Below, piece after piece: positions 38,254 through 51,319 of a DNA stretch of 64,000 nucleotides (position 1 is the stretch's first letter; every line of letters begins with the position of its first letter). The position numbers and the translations under genes were made by a program. The notes beneath the pieces are model-generated. The model did no database searches. It was given only the letters and a program-made list of their open reading frames with translations, and had not been told where the DNA came from. Where the stretch lies: positions 186,001-250,000 of the forward strand of contig NIVC01001523.1 of the NCBI GenBank assembly GCA_002269645.1, read 5' to 3'. The DNA comes from Macrostomum lignano. Taxonomy: Eukaryota.

Positions 38254-39284
38254 TCTCTACATAAAGAAACCATAGAAACGGGATTTTTCTAGACTGACTC
38301 TGTCTATGACAAAGACCCATTTACAGCTATGCGATCTCCAACGATATACAAAAAAATGTTTCCTTGGTTTTGGTTGTCTTATCGTTTCTTATCAAAAATC
38401 GTTTTTTTCACTTCTAGCCTATCTAGCCTATCTAGCCTATTTAATCTATCCTAAAGCATGTACGCGTTCTTGTTTTAATTAACTACTAGAACATTTTTTG
38501 TTACAATGTACTCGCTTTGGTGATTTTTTTCAATCGTTGATTTTAGTATATAAGACTGTTAAATGACTATAATCTCAATGCTTTAACCTACAAATTGACT
38601 GTACCATCTGGAACTACAATAATTGAATCTTGCCATCATTATTCATTAATAAATAATGGAGCCGGTTTCCTTTTATCATAAATAAATTCGAATATCATTG
38701 ACAGTTTAGTCAATTTGTCGCTCTGCTGTTTGTTGTGTCGTGTAACCTGACAGACCAACTTAATGATAGATTATATTTTACGCCAATATTTCTACTATAA
38801 CGTAAATGCTACCTATATTATTATTGTCTATTACTTATACTGCCACTTTAAGTAGAGTAGTTGATAAATTATCTGTATAATGTATTATTAATCACGTGAT
38901 ATCTCTTGGCTCTTGAATTTATCGATCGTGCAGTTTTTCTAGTGTAGTTAAAATATCGATCATGTAGTTTTTCTTAAATAACAAAAATATAAATAAAGCA
39001 ACTGTGCGCACCTAGCACTTTACTTTTCAACTCAACGGAAAACTTCAAGCCTTGGCTACACAACACTGCTCACATATTATTTTAGAAAAGTTTTTTGTCC
39101 AACAAAAGCCCTTTTTTACGGTTGAAATTCGGTTTGCCATTTTTATAAACAATTGGACGAGCGATACGACTGGACACTAATTTGAATTCGTTAAATAGTG
39201 TCAAAACATTGAATGGGTTGTAAAATCAAGCTTATATTTTTGGGAGGATTCATAGTACGTTATATATGATTTCACACCTGAGAA

Positions 39285-39720
39285 ACACCCTAATCCACAC
39301 CTGAGCCACATCCTCATCCACACCTGAGCCACATCCTCATCCACACCTGAGCCACATCCTCATCCACACCTGAGCCACATCCTCATCCACACCTTAGCCA
39401 AATCCTAATCCACACCTGAGCCACATCCTGTTCCACGCCTGAGCCTCATCCTCATCCACACCTTAGCCAAATCCTAATCCACACCTGAGTCACATCCTGA
39501 TCCACACCTGAGTAACACCCTAATCCACGCCTGAGCCGCATCCTAATCCACACCTGATCCACATCCTCATCCACACCTGAGCCACATCCTGATCCACACC
39601 TGAGCCACATTATGATCCACACTTGAACCGCATCCTGATCCACACCTGAGCCACAATATGATCCACACTTGAGCCACATCCTAATCCACACCTGAGCCAC
39701 ATTATGATCCACACTTGAGT
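39285..39720. repeat. 23-bp minisatellite (CCACACCTGAGCCACATCCTCAT)
   Basis: Tandem array. Confidence 0.92.
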
Positions 39721-39821
39721 CGCATTCTCACCCACCTTCAGCCACTTCAGCTGAGAATTTTTATCGGAAGGAATAATGAGGTCTTTCAGATGCAAAACAT
39801 TTCAACAGTTCAGCTTGAAAT

Positions 39822-40330
39822 TCATGCAGACTTCTTCGTCGCCTTGATCAACGTTTCACGCCACAGCTCTGCTTCAACGGAGGTTTGGAAGCTGATAGCT
39901 AGCAGCAGCCGCTGCTCCAAGACTTCATCAGTCGGTAGGAGGCTGGAAGATGTTGGCGATGAAGTTCCACCAGCAGCGGCGGCTTTTGGATTGCCAAGCA
40001 GAAGCAGCTTGTTGCCGGGAGAAGCAGATTCGATCTAAAGAATCAGTTATATACATGTAGGTGATGCGAAAAGGTAGCGAATACGCTGAAGTGTACCCAT
40101 GCCGTGCTGCTCACTTTGACACTGTGACAAAGGCACTTCACGCGCAGGAATCCATGCTCTTACCTTAATCCCCGTGCCACGCAGCGCGAGACGCCCTATC
40201 AATGGGCCAAAGCAGCCTCCGCAATCGGCTGCGTCTCCAGGCAATGCTAAGTACATTTTGAGCACGCCCGAGTCCAGATGAAGCTCTAGCCTAGTCGCCG
40301 TGGTGACAGAGCCGATTGTCACACCTGGCG
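39822..40330 (-). CDS. 3' exons of a probable PH-domain protein
   Basis: The exon ending at 40164 (LHLDSGVLKMY...GRLALRGTGIK, donor GTAAGA) joins in phase 0 to 40034-39822 (...ISFQTSVEAELWRETLIKAT-stop), giving a PH-like C-terminal helix with Trp. The 5' exons were not resolved. Confidence 0.55.
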
Positions 40331-42003
40331 ACATCAGAATGAGCAGGACATTTTGAGCACTGGTCAACAAGTTATAACTGCTGGCGTCCTTGGATCGGGC
40401 TTCATTGTCTGGCGTGGCTTTTGCCTCGAAGTAGCGGAGAAAGCACATACTCAAGTACGGCACTCAGTAAAAGACTGGCTAGGGGAGCTCAATGCGCACA
40501 GTTTTCCGCTCGAATGGGATCCGATCGAAATTTATATCGGGAAAAAATCCACTGATATCGGAGGTGGCGAAATTTCATCTAGAAGATTATAACTAGCCAA
40601 CAGATGGCTCTCAAAGCTGGAAGAGAACTTGAAGACTAGATCAACAAACTGATTCGCTTTGATTGACAGGATCGCTACGCAGTTAGTTCTCTCCTAGGAT
40701 CATTTTCCATATCTTGGCTGCATTTGCTTGAAACCTTCTTGCCGCGGATATTTTATTGGCCAAATTATTTTTCCGAAACATCTAAGGAACTCGTGCCGAC
40801 AGCTGTAGTTACGGTGGATGGAGATTCGAAATCGAGTCGAGTTTGAGTGCACTTTTAAGTACAGCACGGGTGCAGTGTGCGATTTCTTTCCTCGGACATT
40901 CTCAGTAGGGTGACAATTTGATAGAATAATAACGGAACATCCTGCAGATAGAGTTTACTTGATGGCTTCCGCGTCCTTTTGTGCTTTCACAAGCACAAAG
41001 GTGTTTCTTAAAGTTTGCATGGCATGGACACGCGGCCTAAGAAATGCAATTAGAACGACAAGACAATAATTGCCGAGAAGTTTGTGGGAACTCGAAAATC
41101 GAAAAAAGCAAACCTATGAGTAGCTGTTTCATGGATTTTACAAGCTACATGTGGATTAGAATACCGGCATCCAACATTGAAGGCATGTAGAAAAAGCTTC
41201 CGCTTCGTTACAACCGATTTTGGATCGAGTGTAACTGTTTCATTTTAAAGCTGAATAAATTTTCCAAAACTTCTGCGTAAAAAGCATGCATATGAGACAA
41301 TAATATAAAAGTCTGCAAAATATATGTAAACCAGTCTGTGCATCTTAAAACTGGATTTTATATCCATTGTCCCAACAAAAGCGCACGAATGCGGCATGTG
41401 GGAAACGCATACAGTTTATCGATCGTTTAGGTACGAGCGTAGGAGTTAGGGTAGATGAACTACATGTATTTTGAAGGTGCGATTTATATGGGCTCCGGCT
41501 CCCTAACAAAAACCGACCACTTATCCTAAACAGACATGAGAAAGGGGGTCACAGGGACAAAGGCATACGGTTGCTGGTTAAAACTCGCTTCCTCATTGAC
41601 TATTCTGGAATTCTTCCTTAATTGCAGACAGAAGTGCGGTAAAAAGAAAGAAAACAGGAATTTTGAAGTCTTTTTTAAGTTTTCCGAATCTACCCTCTGT
41701 GGCGCTTGTCGATCGAAACGATCAGAGGTGTTAGAAAAAAAGTTTTGGACTATATGCCAACAACAAGAATATACAAATACCATGGTAACCGAAACGTCTT
41801 CCTCTGGTCTGTTACATCAGCCAACCAGCATCACTTTCTTTTGATGCGCCTTCCCCAACATCCGGAGGGTTTAGCTCTTAGTAGATGAGTGAGATTCTGT
41901 GAGAAAGCAGAACTCTCTGTGGATATTTCTAAAAATCAAATTACCACTGCTTTATAATTTCTTTTTGGACTTTGATTTCTCTGGTAGCAGTTTCGTCGCA
42001 ACA

Positions 42004-42694
42004 ATGGGTGTGCAAGCAAGGCTGGCGTTGATTTTGTTGGCTCTACAATTTCCAGTTGCGATGCTGGAAACCTGCAACCTGATCACCGGCCACTTGTGCA
42101 TCAGGAGCGACTTCATTGAAACCCGAGGTGGCTCTGGGACAAAATATTTCTGTGTCTCGATGTGCAGCCGCAACAGGCGCGTTGTCAGGCGTTCAGCCTG
42201 GCTGACGGTCCGTGCCAGCTGTTCGTGTTCGACAAGTGCAGCAAGTCGGTGAGGAACTGCGGCTGCTCCAGGAGAGGCCGGGTGTTTGTGAAGCAGCAGC
42301 CGGGACTCGAGGCGGGCGCGCTGTGCCCGTCTGGCTACGGAGACGACCTGTGCGGAGTGAAGTACAAGCTGCTCAATGGAGCGGACTTCTGCTGGCCGAG
42401 CAGACAGAAGTGCGAGTCGGAGAGCGGTCTGGCGATCATGGCCGACATGATGGACGCCACCGAGATGAGCCACGTGTAGACGATCTACAGCAAGTACAGC
42501 ACTGGATTTTCGATGTGGCTGGTACTGGGTCGGCTGCAACATCACCGTTGACGACAGCCTGTGGAACGCGAGGGAGCCGGTCACACGGAGAAAATGTGAT
42601 CGGCCGATATTACCGTCGGGACAACCTGGCTGACTTCTGGGAATCGGTGGACAGATTTCGAGTCCTGTGCGAGTGCGTGTTGAAGAAAAATTAA
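42004..42694 (+). pseudogene. Secreted PAN/Apple plus C-type lectin gene, disrupted
   Basis: Signal peptide MGVQARLALILLALQFPVAML; C..MC....CQAF...GPCQLF; frameshift near 42180; in-frame TAG at 42477; further indels in the CTL part. Confidence 0.75.
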
Positions 42695-43159
42695 CTTATT
42701 AACCAAACAAATTAAACCTGCTTAAAGAGAATGAACTTACTCGTATTTAAAGTAAAAACATTTTATGCTGTTGTATTCTAAGCTTGTTAAGTTTTATTTT
42801 TACCAGCAGCAGATCAAAACAGCTCCATCCTCTATCATAGCAGTAGAAAAACCGCTTAACGAACCTGCTCTCAGCAGGCTCTTTTTGTCAACATTGGATT
42901 AGCTAATCCTAAATATGTTCTCAGAGATATAACAATAGCCTCTTAACTTTTTCCAAACTGATTTCCGAAATAAAAGTCTTTAAGCTTTAAAGTCTGTCTG
43001 ACATATTTATCATAAATCATTGACTTAACGAAAACTGCGATGGGACGTTTGATTCAATGTACAAATTAATTTACAAAATAAAACTTTGTATATATGGCTC
43101 GTAGCTTCGAAGTCAAATGACTGAAAGCAAACATCAGCTTAAGCGTTTAAATTGAGTCA

Positions 43160-43560
43160 GGAGGAGTGTGCCCGCCAGGCTACGGAGAGGCGACCTGTAG
43201 GGAGTGAAGTACAAGCTGCACTTTAAGGCCGATTTATGCAGTGGCCGAGCAGACGCCTGTGCGAGTCGGAGAGCCGCCTCCGAGGTGGACGCCTCCGAGA
43301 TGAGCCACGTGGACTCGATCTACGATAGCTGGGCGAAACGCACCTCGTTCTAGCTGGGCGGCCTCCTGCCGGCTGGCAGCCCGGAGCCAGCAGGCGGCTG
43401 GTACTGGGTCGGCTGTAACATCTCCGTTGACGCCAGCCTGAGGGGCAGCGGAGAGCCCCAGGATCCGGAGAATGCTATCGGAAGGTGGTTCGGTCACGAC
43501 AATCAATCCAACTTCAGAGACTACTCCGCACTCCACGTCCCGTCCTGTGCGAATGCTGGT
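43160..43560 (+). pseudogene. Third lectin paralogue, 5'-truncated and disrupted
   Basis: CPPGYG..., GGWYWVGCNISVD and VLCEC-like end; TAG where FWLGG is expected; frameshifts. Confidence 0.72.
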
Positions 43561-45421
43561 CTCCATGCATTCAACTGAGAGTTGCAGCTAATATTTAATT
43601 GGTCTCGAGTGGTTGAAAATTTAAACAAAAAATTCTTTAAAACTGTTTTCACACAAGTTGGATGAAATATAGTATCATACCAGGGTATGCAGGGTCATTT
43701 TCTAATCGGCCCGAAAATGTTCCTTTAACATGACATTCTTGAAACCCGGTTCAGTACATTCTCCTCCTTTTCCCAGTGTGGCTATGGAAAAGGACGTCCG
43801 AGGAAGAAATTCAATCACTCCGACGTCTCCGATAGCATATTTTGATTTAGACTGCTGTATATAACGAAAATGAAATATTAATAACTACTGTACACAACTT
43901 TATAAAATCTATGCAGAGTACATGCTGTGCATGCTTAGTTAAAGAAATGGTAGTCTTCACTGCCCCAGATCAAAAGCAAATTAATAGACTTTTTGATAAA
44001 AAAAATTCTACATGTATGTGTGCATTTATTCCAGGAAATTGCATGGCCTCGTAAAAATTCACCAGCTTCGAAGTTTTACATGCATATGTACATCCTGTTA
44101 AAATACAGTGACCCATGTATTATCAATCCTGCACACTGCAGACGTGCACGCGGAGATACATATGTACTCATATGTACATGTACTCATTGTAAACATGCAC
44201 ATGTACATGTACGACACATTTTTGCAAGTACTTTTCGTAAATAAATTTCTTCTATGAAACTACTTTTAACAGCAAGCAGAAGTTTTGGTAATCTTCTCAA
44301 GCAAGTTGACTTTTATAAGGTTTGTTGATTAAATATTTTTCTCTTCACACATACATCTTACACAGACTTTCTCACGGCTCTTTCCCATTCCATCACATGC
44401 GATTAACTAACCTGTTTGTATTTTTTAATAAATATATGCAGTAGCCCCACGAAAATTGTAATCGTCTATAATCGTTTGAAGAAGATATCAAAAGTAAAAG
44501 GTAGCAGCTGACATATGCAGCAAGAGACTACATTAAACAGCTGGGACTAACCCGTTGAAAACAATGGTTAATCTTGAAAGTAAATATACGAGAAGTAACT
44601 TTTGGTAGGTTAAATTTACTACAGTTTAACTTTCGAAAAAGGAATTGTACATAAATTAACCACACGGACACTTTGTAGGTTAAATTTCGGTTTACAAACT
44701 GGTAAATTAACGTGAACTTATCCTCCTTAAAAGCAAAGTGACGTCAAATAACGTTTATTTACCTTAAATTACGTTAATAAACCTTTAGGCTGTAAGTTAC
44801 ATGTAATTAACCCCCGTTTTCTATGGGAAGCTTATACATATGTAATTGTAGTGCTGGCATCTCTCTCAAAGATTCAAGGCTAAATCAGACAAATGATGGA
44901 TTAAATCAATTGAATAATTTCAGAAGAGTTTTACTCAAAATAGTACTTTTGGAGTGCTTTACATGTATCGACAATGCATGGTAATACGAACCAATCGACA
45001 AATGTAAACAACCAAGTAAATGAAAAAGCTTAAAATCCAATCCTACGTTGGGTAATTTATAGTGTTAAAATTTAAAGTTTAATTGTGATAAAATATGTAT
45101 TATGGATGATATACGATTGTATTTTTTAAACTAAGGCTGTTTCTACGAAACCAAATTTTACTAAGCACTGATTTAAAATTTTGTTTTTCCGCGAAAGTTG
45201 CTAAGCTGAAAGCTAGCGCAAAGTGAAGCCTATAAAGTAAGAAATGTACATCTTTTAAGTTATATATACTGCGTGAACAAAAAACTGTTGGAAGTTTCTC
45301 GAAAAAAATCTTAGTTTCGCTAATTTCGCACTATTTTCCTCCCGGATTTAGCACATACAGTTATTGTACTGTTTCAATCTTGAAAGGTGTAACTTGTAAG
45401 AGCTTTTGATTTAAAATTTAT

Positions 45422-48400
45422 ATGGCCAAAGCGTACGATTATTTATTCAAGCTTTTGCTTATCGGTGATAGTGGCGTCGGAAAAACATGTTTGCTGGTTC
45501 GTTTCGCTGAAGATAATTTTTCTCCGACATTTATATCAACCATAGGTAAGTTATGAGATACATTAGAAATAAGTTAAATTAAAAAAATGCGATTTTCCCT
45601 CTTTAATCCTTTTCGTTTTGTATAGCTTATTTTCGTTCAAGAAGGTATTACAATGTCTATATGTTTTGAGAAACTTTGAGTATTTAGTCAGTTTTACTTT
45701 TCATTTATTTATTATGTTCAACAAGGATCTGATTTAACAAAAGTTGAATATTTTGTATCATGGCTATTGTTACCATTATGAATAACATGTTAGTCTCAGT
45801 CACTCTATTAAATTTTTCTCATAGGATTTCTCATAGGGAACATTTCTAAAATTTGGTTTAAATACTTGTATCTTTTGAATCTGATTATGTAAATATGATT
45901 TCAAATATTGTAAAATTTGAGCAATGAAACAACTCTTTAGTATTTACATTAAAAACATTTTGTCTTATACATGCCTTTTTGGGCATGAAGCAAACCTTAA
46001 TATTCTTTGTAAGTTTAAGATTTTATAACTAATTATGTAATAAGTATATCAGTTAAGTTTTATATAAATGCATAAATTAATCTTAATTGTATATTTATTA
46101 TAAGTAGGATATGCAATTTTATTTTGTCCTATTATGCTTTTAATTAGAGGAAAATAACATTAGGAGTTTTATTTAAATAATAATTTCTTTTCTTTTTGTC
46201 AAATCTAAAGTCAATAAATAGTCTCACTTGCCAATTCTTTTTTTAGGAATAGACTTCAAGGTTCGCACTATTGATTTGGATGGAAAACGTGTTAAACTGC
46301 AGATATGGTAGGCTACAATTTTTATGCCTGATTATTTAAAGGATGTAGGGTGCACAAAGACAAAAAAGGCATGATTAGACATTAAGAGGATAGGGCTATT
46401 TAATGAGAGATGGTAGAGCTAGATAAAGAGAGGGTAGAGCTGGATAAAGAGAGGGTAGAGCTGGATAAGGGAGAGGGTAGAGCTGGATCAGGGAGAGGGT
46501 AGAGCTGGATAAGGGAGAGGGTAGAGCTGGATAAGGGAGAGGGTAGAGCTGGATAAGGGAGAGGGTAGAGCTGGATAAGGGAGAGGGTAGAGCTGGATAA
46601 GGGAGTGGGTAGAGCTGGATAAGGGAGATGGTAGAGCTGGATAAAGGAGAGGGTAGAGCTGGATAAGGGAGAGGGTAGAGCTGGATAAGGGAGAGGGTAG
46701 AGCTGGATAAGGGAGAGGGTAGAGCTGGATAAGGGAGAGGGTAGAGCTGGATAAGGGAGAGGGTAGAGCTGGATAAGGGAGAGGGTAGAGCTGGATAAGG
46801 GAGAGGGTAGAGCTGGATAAGGGAGAGGGTAGAGCTGGATAAGGGAGAGGGTAGAGCTGGATAAGGGAGAGGGTAGAGCTGGATAAGGGAGAGGGTAGAG
46901 CTGGATCAGGGAGAGGGTAAAGCTGGGGCACAGAATCAGATATTCCAGTACAGTACAGTGGTAAATAAAGCAATCTCGCAGCTAATATAATATTCAATAA
47001 CCACAACTAATCCGCAGGGACACAGCTGGCCAGGAACGGTTCCGCACCATCACCACAGCGTACTACCGCGGCGCTATGGGCATCGTTTTAGTTTACGATG
47101 TCACTAGTCAGAAGTCGTTTCAAAATATTCGCACCTGGATTGGAAATATCAACGAGCACGCCAGCTCAGATGTTGAGCGAATGCTATTAGCTAATAAATG
47201 CGACATGCCCGATAGACGGATGGTGGCCACTGAGCAGGGTCAGAAGGTGCGATTGACCTATTTGTGTGACCTGTTTTTAGTGAACTTTTACTCAAGTTTT
47301 CACACCACTACGTTTATGGCCTTTGTAACGGGTGTTTCGTGTCCGGTGTGTGTGTCCCGTAGGTGTTTCGTGTCCGGTGTGTGTGTCCCGTAGGTGTTTC
47401 GTGTCCGGTGTGTGTGTCCCGTAGGTGTTTCGTGTCCGGTGTGTGTGTGTCCCGTAGGTGTTTCGTGTCCGGTGTGTGTGTGTCCCGTAGGTGTTTCGTG
47501 TCCGGTGTGTGTGTCCCGTAGGTGTTTCGTGTCCGGTGTGTGTGTGTCCCGTAGGTGTTTCGTGTCCGGTGTGTGTGTGTCCCGTAGGTGTTTCGTGTCC
47601 GGTGTGTGTGTCCGGTAGGTATTTCCGTGTTGTCCGGTGTGTGCTTTATGTCCGGTGCGTGCTTCATGTCCAGTGTGTGCTTCATGTCCGGTGGGTGTTT
47701 CCGTGTTGTCCGGTGTGTGTTTCATGTCCGGTGGGTGTTTCCGTGTTGTCCGGTGTGTGTTTTATGTCCGGTGGGTGTTTCCGTGTTGTCCTGTGTGTGT
47801 TTCATATCCGGTGGGTGTTTCCGTGTTGTCCTGTGTGTGTTTCATATCCGGTGGGTGTTTCCGTGTTGTCCGGTGGGTGTTTCCGTGTTGTCCTGTGTGT
47901 GTTTCATATCCGGTGGGTGTTTCCGTGTTGTCCGGTGTGTGCTTCACGTCCGGTGTGTGCTTTATCTCCGGTGTGTGCTTCATGTCCGGTGTGTGTTTTC
48001 GTGTCCGGTGTGTATTTTCGTGTCCGGTGTGTATTTTCGTGTCCGGTGTGTGTTTTCGTGTCCGGTGTGTATTTTCGTTTCCGGTGTGTATTTTCGTGTC
48101 CGGTGTGTATTTTCGTGTCCGGTGTGTGTTTTCGTGTCCGGTGTGTATTTTCGTTTCCGGTGTGTATTTTCGTGTCCGGTGTGTATTTTCGTGTCCGGTG
48201 TGTGTTTTCGTGTCCGGTGTGTATTTTCGTTTCCGGTGTGTATTTTCGTGTCCGGTGTGTGTTTTCGTGTCCGGTGTGTATTTTCGTTTCCGGTGTGTAT
48301 TTTCGTGTCCGGTGTGTGTTTTCGTGTCCGGTGTGTGTTTTCGTGTCCGGTGTGTATTTTCGTGTCCGGTGTGTTTCTCTGACCGGTGTGTGTTTTTATC

Positions 48401-50128
48401 CAGTGGGTGTTTCAGTGTGGGAATTTCTAGCCCGGGGATGTTTCTTAAAGAGCTGGACAATTCTATAAGCAGCTGGCGTCTGTTTAAACACTTGGTGTTT
48501 ATAATCTGCATCAAGTGAGGCATTCCAACCCTGCCACAACCGCTAACCGGTTTACACCTGCCAGTCCTGGTCAGCTAAATTTATATCTACAAACTCGAAT
48601 GGCCTGCCTACGAGCGTAAATGTGAAACTTTGAATCAAAATTGAATTCATTCTGCACTTTCAGATTCACTAATAATGCTAAAATTTAATTAAGAATTCCT
48701 TGCTTCTGATTAAATTCTGGTTAGCAACTATGCACCAATTTCCACTGGATCCATTTTCTAAGTTAGCTGAAAGTAGTATATTGGGCTTTGATTATCCATT
48801 CTGTCTATTGCGTTGGCTATAGATTAGCAATCCATTCTGTTTATCACATTGGCTATAGATTAGCAATCCATTCTATTTATCACATTGGCTATAGATCAGC
48901 AATCCTTTCTGTTTATCACATTGGCTATAGATTAGCAATCCATTCTATTTAACACATTGGCTATAGATTAGCAATCTATTCTATTTAACACATTGGCGAT
49001 AGATTAGCAATCCATTATGTTTAACACATTGGCTATAGATTAGCAATCTATTCTATTTAACACATTGGCTATAGATTAGCAATCCTTTCTATTTATCACA
49101 TTGGCGATAGATTAGCAATCCATTCTATTTAACACATTGGCTATAGATTAGCAATCTATTCTATTTAACACATTGGCGATAGATTAGCAATCCATTATGT
49201 TTAACACATTGGCTATAGATTAGCAATCCATTCTGTTTAACACATTGGCGATAGATTAGCAATCCATTCTATTTATCACATTGGCTATAGATTAGCAATC
49301 CATTCTATTCTGTTTATCATCACATTGGCTATAGATTAGCAATCCATTCTATTTATCACATTGGCTATAGATTAGCAATCCATTCTGTTTAACACATTGG
49401 CGATAGATTAGCAATCCATTCTGTTTATCACATTGGCGATAGATTAGCAATCCTTTCTATTTATCACATTGGCGATAGATTAGCAATCCATTCTGTTTAT
49501 CACGTTGGCGATAGATTAGCAATCCATTCTGTTTAACACATTGGCTATAGATTAGCAATCCATTCTATTTATCACATTGGCTATAGATTAGCAATCCATT
49601 CTGTTTAACACATTGGCGATAGATTAGCAATCCATTCTGTTTATCACATTGGCGATAGATTAGCAATCCTTTCTATTTATCACATTGGCGATAGATTAGC
49701 AATCCATTCTATTCTGTTTATCATCACATTGGCTATAGATTAGCAATCCATTCTGTTTAACACATTGGCTATAGATTAGCAATCTATTCTGTTTAACACA
49801 TTGGCGATAGATTAGCAATCCATTCTGTTTAACACATTGGCTATAGATTAGCAATCCATTCTGTTTAACACATTGGCTATAGATTAGCAATCCATTCTCC
49901 CACCCGCAGCTCGCAGCAGAATACCAGCTGCGTTTCCTAGAAACCTCGGCCAAGTCCGGTTCGAACGTGGAGGAGGCGTTCTTCCTGCTAGCCAAGGGCA
50001 TCAAAGCCAAACTGGACGGGAAGCGATCAGCGCCAGGCGCGGCCAGTGGCGCCGCCTCGTCAGAGCAGCGCGGCGGCAAGCAGCGCCAACGAGAGAGCGG
50101 CAAGAAGTTTCGGTGCGAAATTTTATAA
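45422..50128 (+). CDS. RAB8: Rab8 small GTPase, 210 aa
   Basis: Exons 45422-45545, 46247-46307, 47018-47246 and 49910-50128. [53 protein letters not shown], and C-terminal CaaX CEIL. Confidence 0.95.
46410..46930. repeat. 22-bp minisatellite (GGGTAGAGCTGGATAAGGGAGA) in Rab8 intron 2
   Basis: Tandem array. Confidence 0.95.
47330..48400. repeat. GT-rich compound minisatellite (about 30-bp units evolving to 20-bp CCGGTGTG units) in Rab8 intron 3
   Basis: Tandem array with graded unit change. Confidence 0.93.
48810..49898 (+). repeat. 36-bp minisatellite (GCAATCCATTCTGTTTAACACATTGGCTATAGATTA) ending at the Rab8 exon-4 acceptor
   Basis: The last partial unit abuts CCCACCCGCAG. Confidence 0.95.
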
Positions 50129-50579
50129 ATTTTTGCTTTCTGCCTGTTGCCGTGACAACCGGCTGAAAGCAAATCTAACCAGTTTTATTATCATATTTGC
50201 ATTTGTTGCTACGCTGCGTTGCTTAATTATCAATTAATACTTAAGACTGTTTTGAATGGCTCGCTATCTAACCTCAATAAATAATATTTTTTCCAAGCTG
50301 GTTGAGAAAAAGTTTTTTTACTACTTTATAAAATGATTTCATCATTCGTATTTGGCTACTTCTTGTCAGTAGCGTTTTGTGATCAAAGTTTGTTATGTGA
50401 ATTTTTGATCTTTTATTGATTTCATTTTCGCTGGCTATGAAAGCTTGAGATGATATCTTAGTCGTTTGCGATTTTTATTGTTGATATATTCGATTATTTT
50501 TGTATAGAAAGCTTTTATGCTTCTCAAACTTTACTTGAGGTATTTTGGTCGCTGAAGCACCGCTGTCACCTGCCCACAT

Positions 50580-50800
50580 CCTCCCTCAGTTACTAAGCCA
50601 GCCTCCCAGATCCCCACTTGCTGGGCCAGCCTCCCAGATTCTCAGTTGCTGGGCCAGCCTCCCAGATCCTCAGTTGCTGGGCCAGCCTCCCAGATCCTCA
50701 CTCGCTGGGCCAGCCTCCCAGATCCTCACTTGCTGGGCCAGCCTCCCAGATCCTCACTTGCTGGGCCAGCCTCCCAGATCCTCACTTGCTGTGCCAGCCT
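50580..50800. repeat. Minisatellite of about 28 bp (GCTGGGCCAGCCTCCCAGATCCTCACTT)
   Basis: Tandem array. Confidence 0.92.
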
Positions 50801-51319
50801 CTAAAAATGTGACCTAGTGTTTCACCCACTTTCGTTATGTTAAGCCGTTTAGCTGAACAGTAATTGAACTCACTAGTGGATTGAAGTGCTATTGATTATT
50901 CTAAACTTCAGCAGTATTTCTGTAGTAAAAAGAATATTTTAACAATAAGTCAACTGCATCTCTTGACGTACATGTACGTCTTAAGCGTACTACAGATTCA
51001 ATTTCTGTCGTAATTTATGGTTGCTTTATATTTTTATACAATCATTGTATCTTTGTTAAGATTATAGATCCTTAGTCAATATATTCTCCTATTCGCTAAT
51101 TATTCTTTATAGGTATTCCAGTTTTATAACAGAGAAATTTATAGAGTGTCGTAATCTGTCGTAATCTAATATTTGTAATCTTGTCCTTTTTAAATGCAAT
51201 TAATTAGCCATGTAAATCGGATCATTTATATTTCTAATTTTGTCGAAAAAATTACTGCTTGAAGTTTTTTTGTTGGATATAGGTTTCTTGTTTAAGTTCA
51301 AATGGAGATAGCCATTTAG

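Noticed and set aside
44540-45330. Two weak inverted-repeat pairs upstream of Rab8
   Set aside because: Matches are too short and degenerate to define element ends or TSDs.
47300-48523. Cys/Val-rich and His/Thr-rich ORFs
   Set aside because: GT-rich minisatellite within Rab8 intron 3.
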